Positions 56,101 to 56,564 of a DNA stretch of 56,564 bases are shown piece by piece (within the stretch, counting starts at the first letter, position 1; each line of letters opens with the position of its first letter). Position numbers and translations under genes: made by a program. The stretch spans positions 1-56,564 of the forward strand of contig JAMOPY010000040.1 of the NCBI GenBank assembly GCA_027064305.1, written 5' to 3'. The notes under the pieces are model-generated. The model saw only the letters and a list, made by a program, of their open reading frames with translations. It searched no databases and had not been told where the DNA came from. The stretch comes from Methanobacteriota archaeon (GTDB lineage Archaea > JAADCQ01 > Methanopyri > Methanopyrales > Methanopyraceae).

Positions 56101-56564
56101 GACCGCATCTGGGGGGCCCTGGCGGAGGACGTCCTGGAGTTCGGCGTCGCCTGCCTCGCCCTCTCCCGGGCCGTGCGCGGCGCGTGCCTCGACCTGCTGC
56201 TCCTGGACCCGACCACCCGGGAGCTGACCCCGTTCCACGCGGAACTGCTGCGCGAGTTCCACTCGCTGTTCCTCGACCGGGACTGGATCCTCTCGCTGAG
56301 CACCCCGGGCCAGGCCGCCGCGCTCTTCGAGCGGGTGTCGAGGCTGCTGGGCCTGATCGCCGCGCTGAGCCCCGTCATCGAGTCCCCGGGCACCCCGGTG
56401 GAGGAGGCGCTCGCGGGCGCCCTGGGGCAGCTCCTGTACGAGGTCACCCACCGGTTGGTGCTCGACCGCGAGGTGGCCCGGCACCTGGAGCGGATCAACC
56501 CGTACGCGCTGGAGGCGATCACCGCCCGGGTCTTCCACCTGTACTACCGGGCCGGGGAGGCCCT
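53197..56564 (+). CDS. CobN/BchH-like chelatase homologue with N-terminal signal-like segment; runs off the window
   Basis: Frame open from GTG 53197: YYNWPPGR, QPPRGW, YHS..PPPHHYLAVYLW, HVGTHGTLEWLP, GDP....VLPTGR; absent from the ORF track because no stop is reached. Confidence 0.88.
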   Translation, partial: MPIPLVLLLLTVSIQPAGAAGAQPLQFHEPDAGVPPGEYWADPLGHPTPSFFREVVLPDSRGLLVTPPTRLAGRPYPENEALVGRLEARWRGLAGRPNREKVVALVYYNWPPGRESVTADGLDVFGSLVNILANLKAAGYDVRTPWDRELLEIARLERAGRWDEAARLVRRLEAELARLVWRYGINVGWWSGERLRRMYEGRAYLALIPVDAYRRWYERLPEVDRLYVEDGLPGLLYGYARLLRPPLGGRELESLRRDLEALLAEARRLLSSVGPVGVGSGDPRELQAAREGALRELSRLAEAVLEYASGRLGASELRRAFERALEAGRRLERLLGYRTGLFGWGPPPGDVMVVDGYFVVPGLRFGKVLLVPQPPRGWLWGSLESSVAYHSLLLPPPHHYLAVYLWLKRTVDVVVHVGTHGTLEWLPLRRTLPSHVDFPTVLLGDVPHVYLWCVTSGELLNVKWRTSAVVIGHLPPPPETATEFYLRTLVEALHECFHWFQSGSPGLAERLRPLILEALRVTRLYEWMGLSWEDVVRMAGTERGFERLVDRLHLYLHAMQAHGERPVPASLARSLHVYGLVTSDEARAYVRAVLFREFLRRELERRGLSLDELDRMLRGHPDRALRLLNELWGEWDRLVSHPGELRSLYPDLYREAERIRRLVIESARLEIESLLSALSGRRIPVGPPGDPTLDPSVLPTGRLLYALDPNALPSEAAWRATEGLRPPQRPTLFLLSATDLINDRGVSLAYLMRSSGLVRLAEGYGLTGSPVYAPVLVCQGLESVFARCTPGLALLKAHLACVLRASERCPPSELERLLERLRGGCRDPELRAALSRIHVDPGLLRRGLEALRRWYESLPVRVLELPDFRPDPSWYEAWAVKFLYGVQVEGLPVEEAARRAAAALYGPADYTTGVRALAERLEPREWDLFVASLPAKLGRILLPEGPVSDPGMFELELLLVDQLVKAETDRIWGALAEDVLEFGVACLALSRAVRGACLDLLLLDPTTRELTPFHAELLREFHSLFLDRDWILSLSTPGQAAALFERVSRLLGLIAALSPVIESPGTPVEEALAGALGQLLYEVTHRLVLDREVARHLERINPYALEAITARVFHLYYRAGEA

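Overview
GC-rich hyperthermophilic methanogen DNA, very likely Methanopyrus or a close relative. Evidence: archaeal 16S, mer, beta-RFAP synthase, a tRNA-Arg gene with C at position 8, and unlinked 16S and 5S genes. The window is mostly housekeeping: fen, pyrKD, pit, nop5-fibrillarin, moaCB, nhaP, guaAA, glutamate synthase, thrS, ilvBN, pyrC, RNA ligase, mer, trmJ, nmd3, tyrS, aIF-1A, rio1, top6A and a CobN-like gene. It also holds about 10 box C/D sRNAs, several with guides that pair with the 16S rRNA in this window. Main novel candidates: (1) An MsvR-type redox locus at 22.3-30.2 kb. It has an atypical CooS co-transcribed with an FrhA/G/B-like module whose large subunit has lost [NiFe]-site residues, and TTCGA-N6-TCGAA boxes at its promoters. 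(2) A dispersed 21-bp palindrome, TCGTTACG-N5-CGTAACGA, found 8 times, always just past the 3' end of a gene or RNA. (3) An extreme C-to-G strand-skew inversion centred on the 16S gene, next to a frameshifted stand-alone LAGLIDADG gene. (4) Four conserved genes that seem to start at near-cognate codons (ACG, CTG, CTG, TCG), each one C-to-U change away from AUG or UUG. All assignments come from motif recognition by eye; no searches were run.
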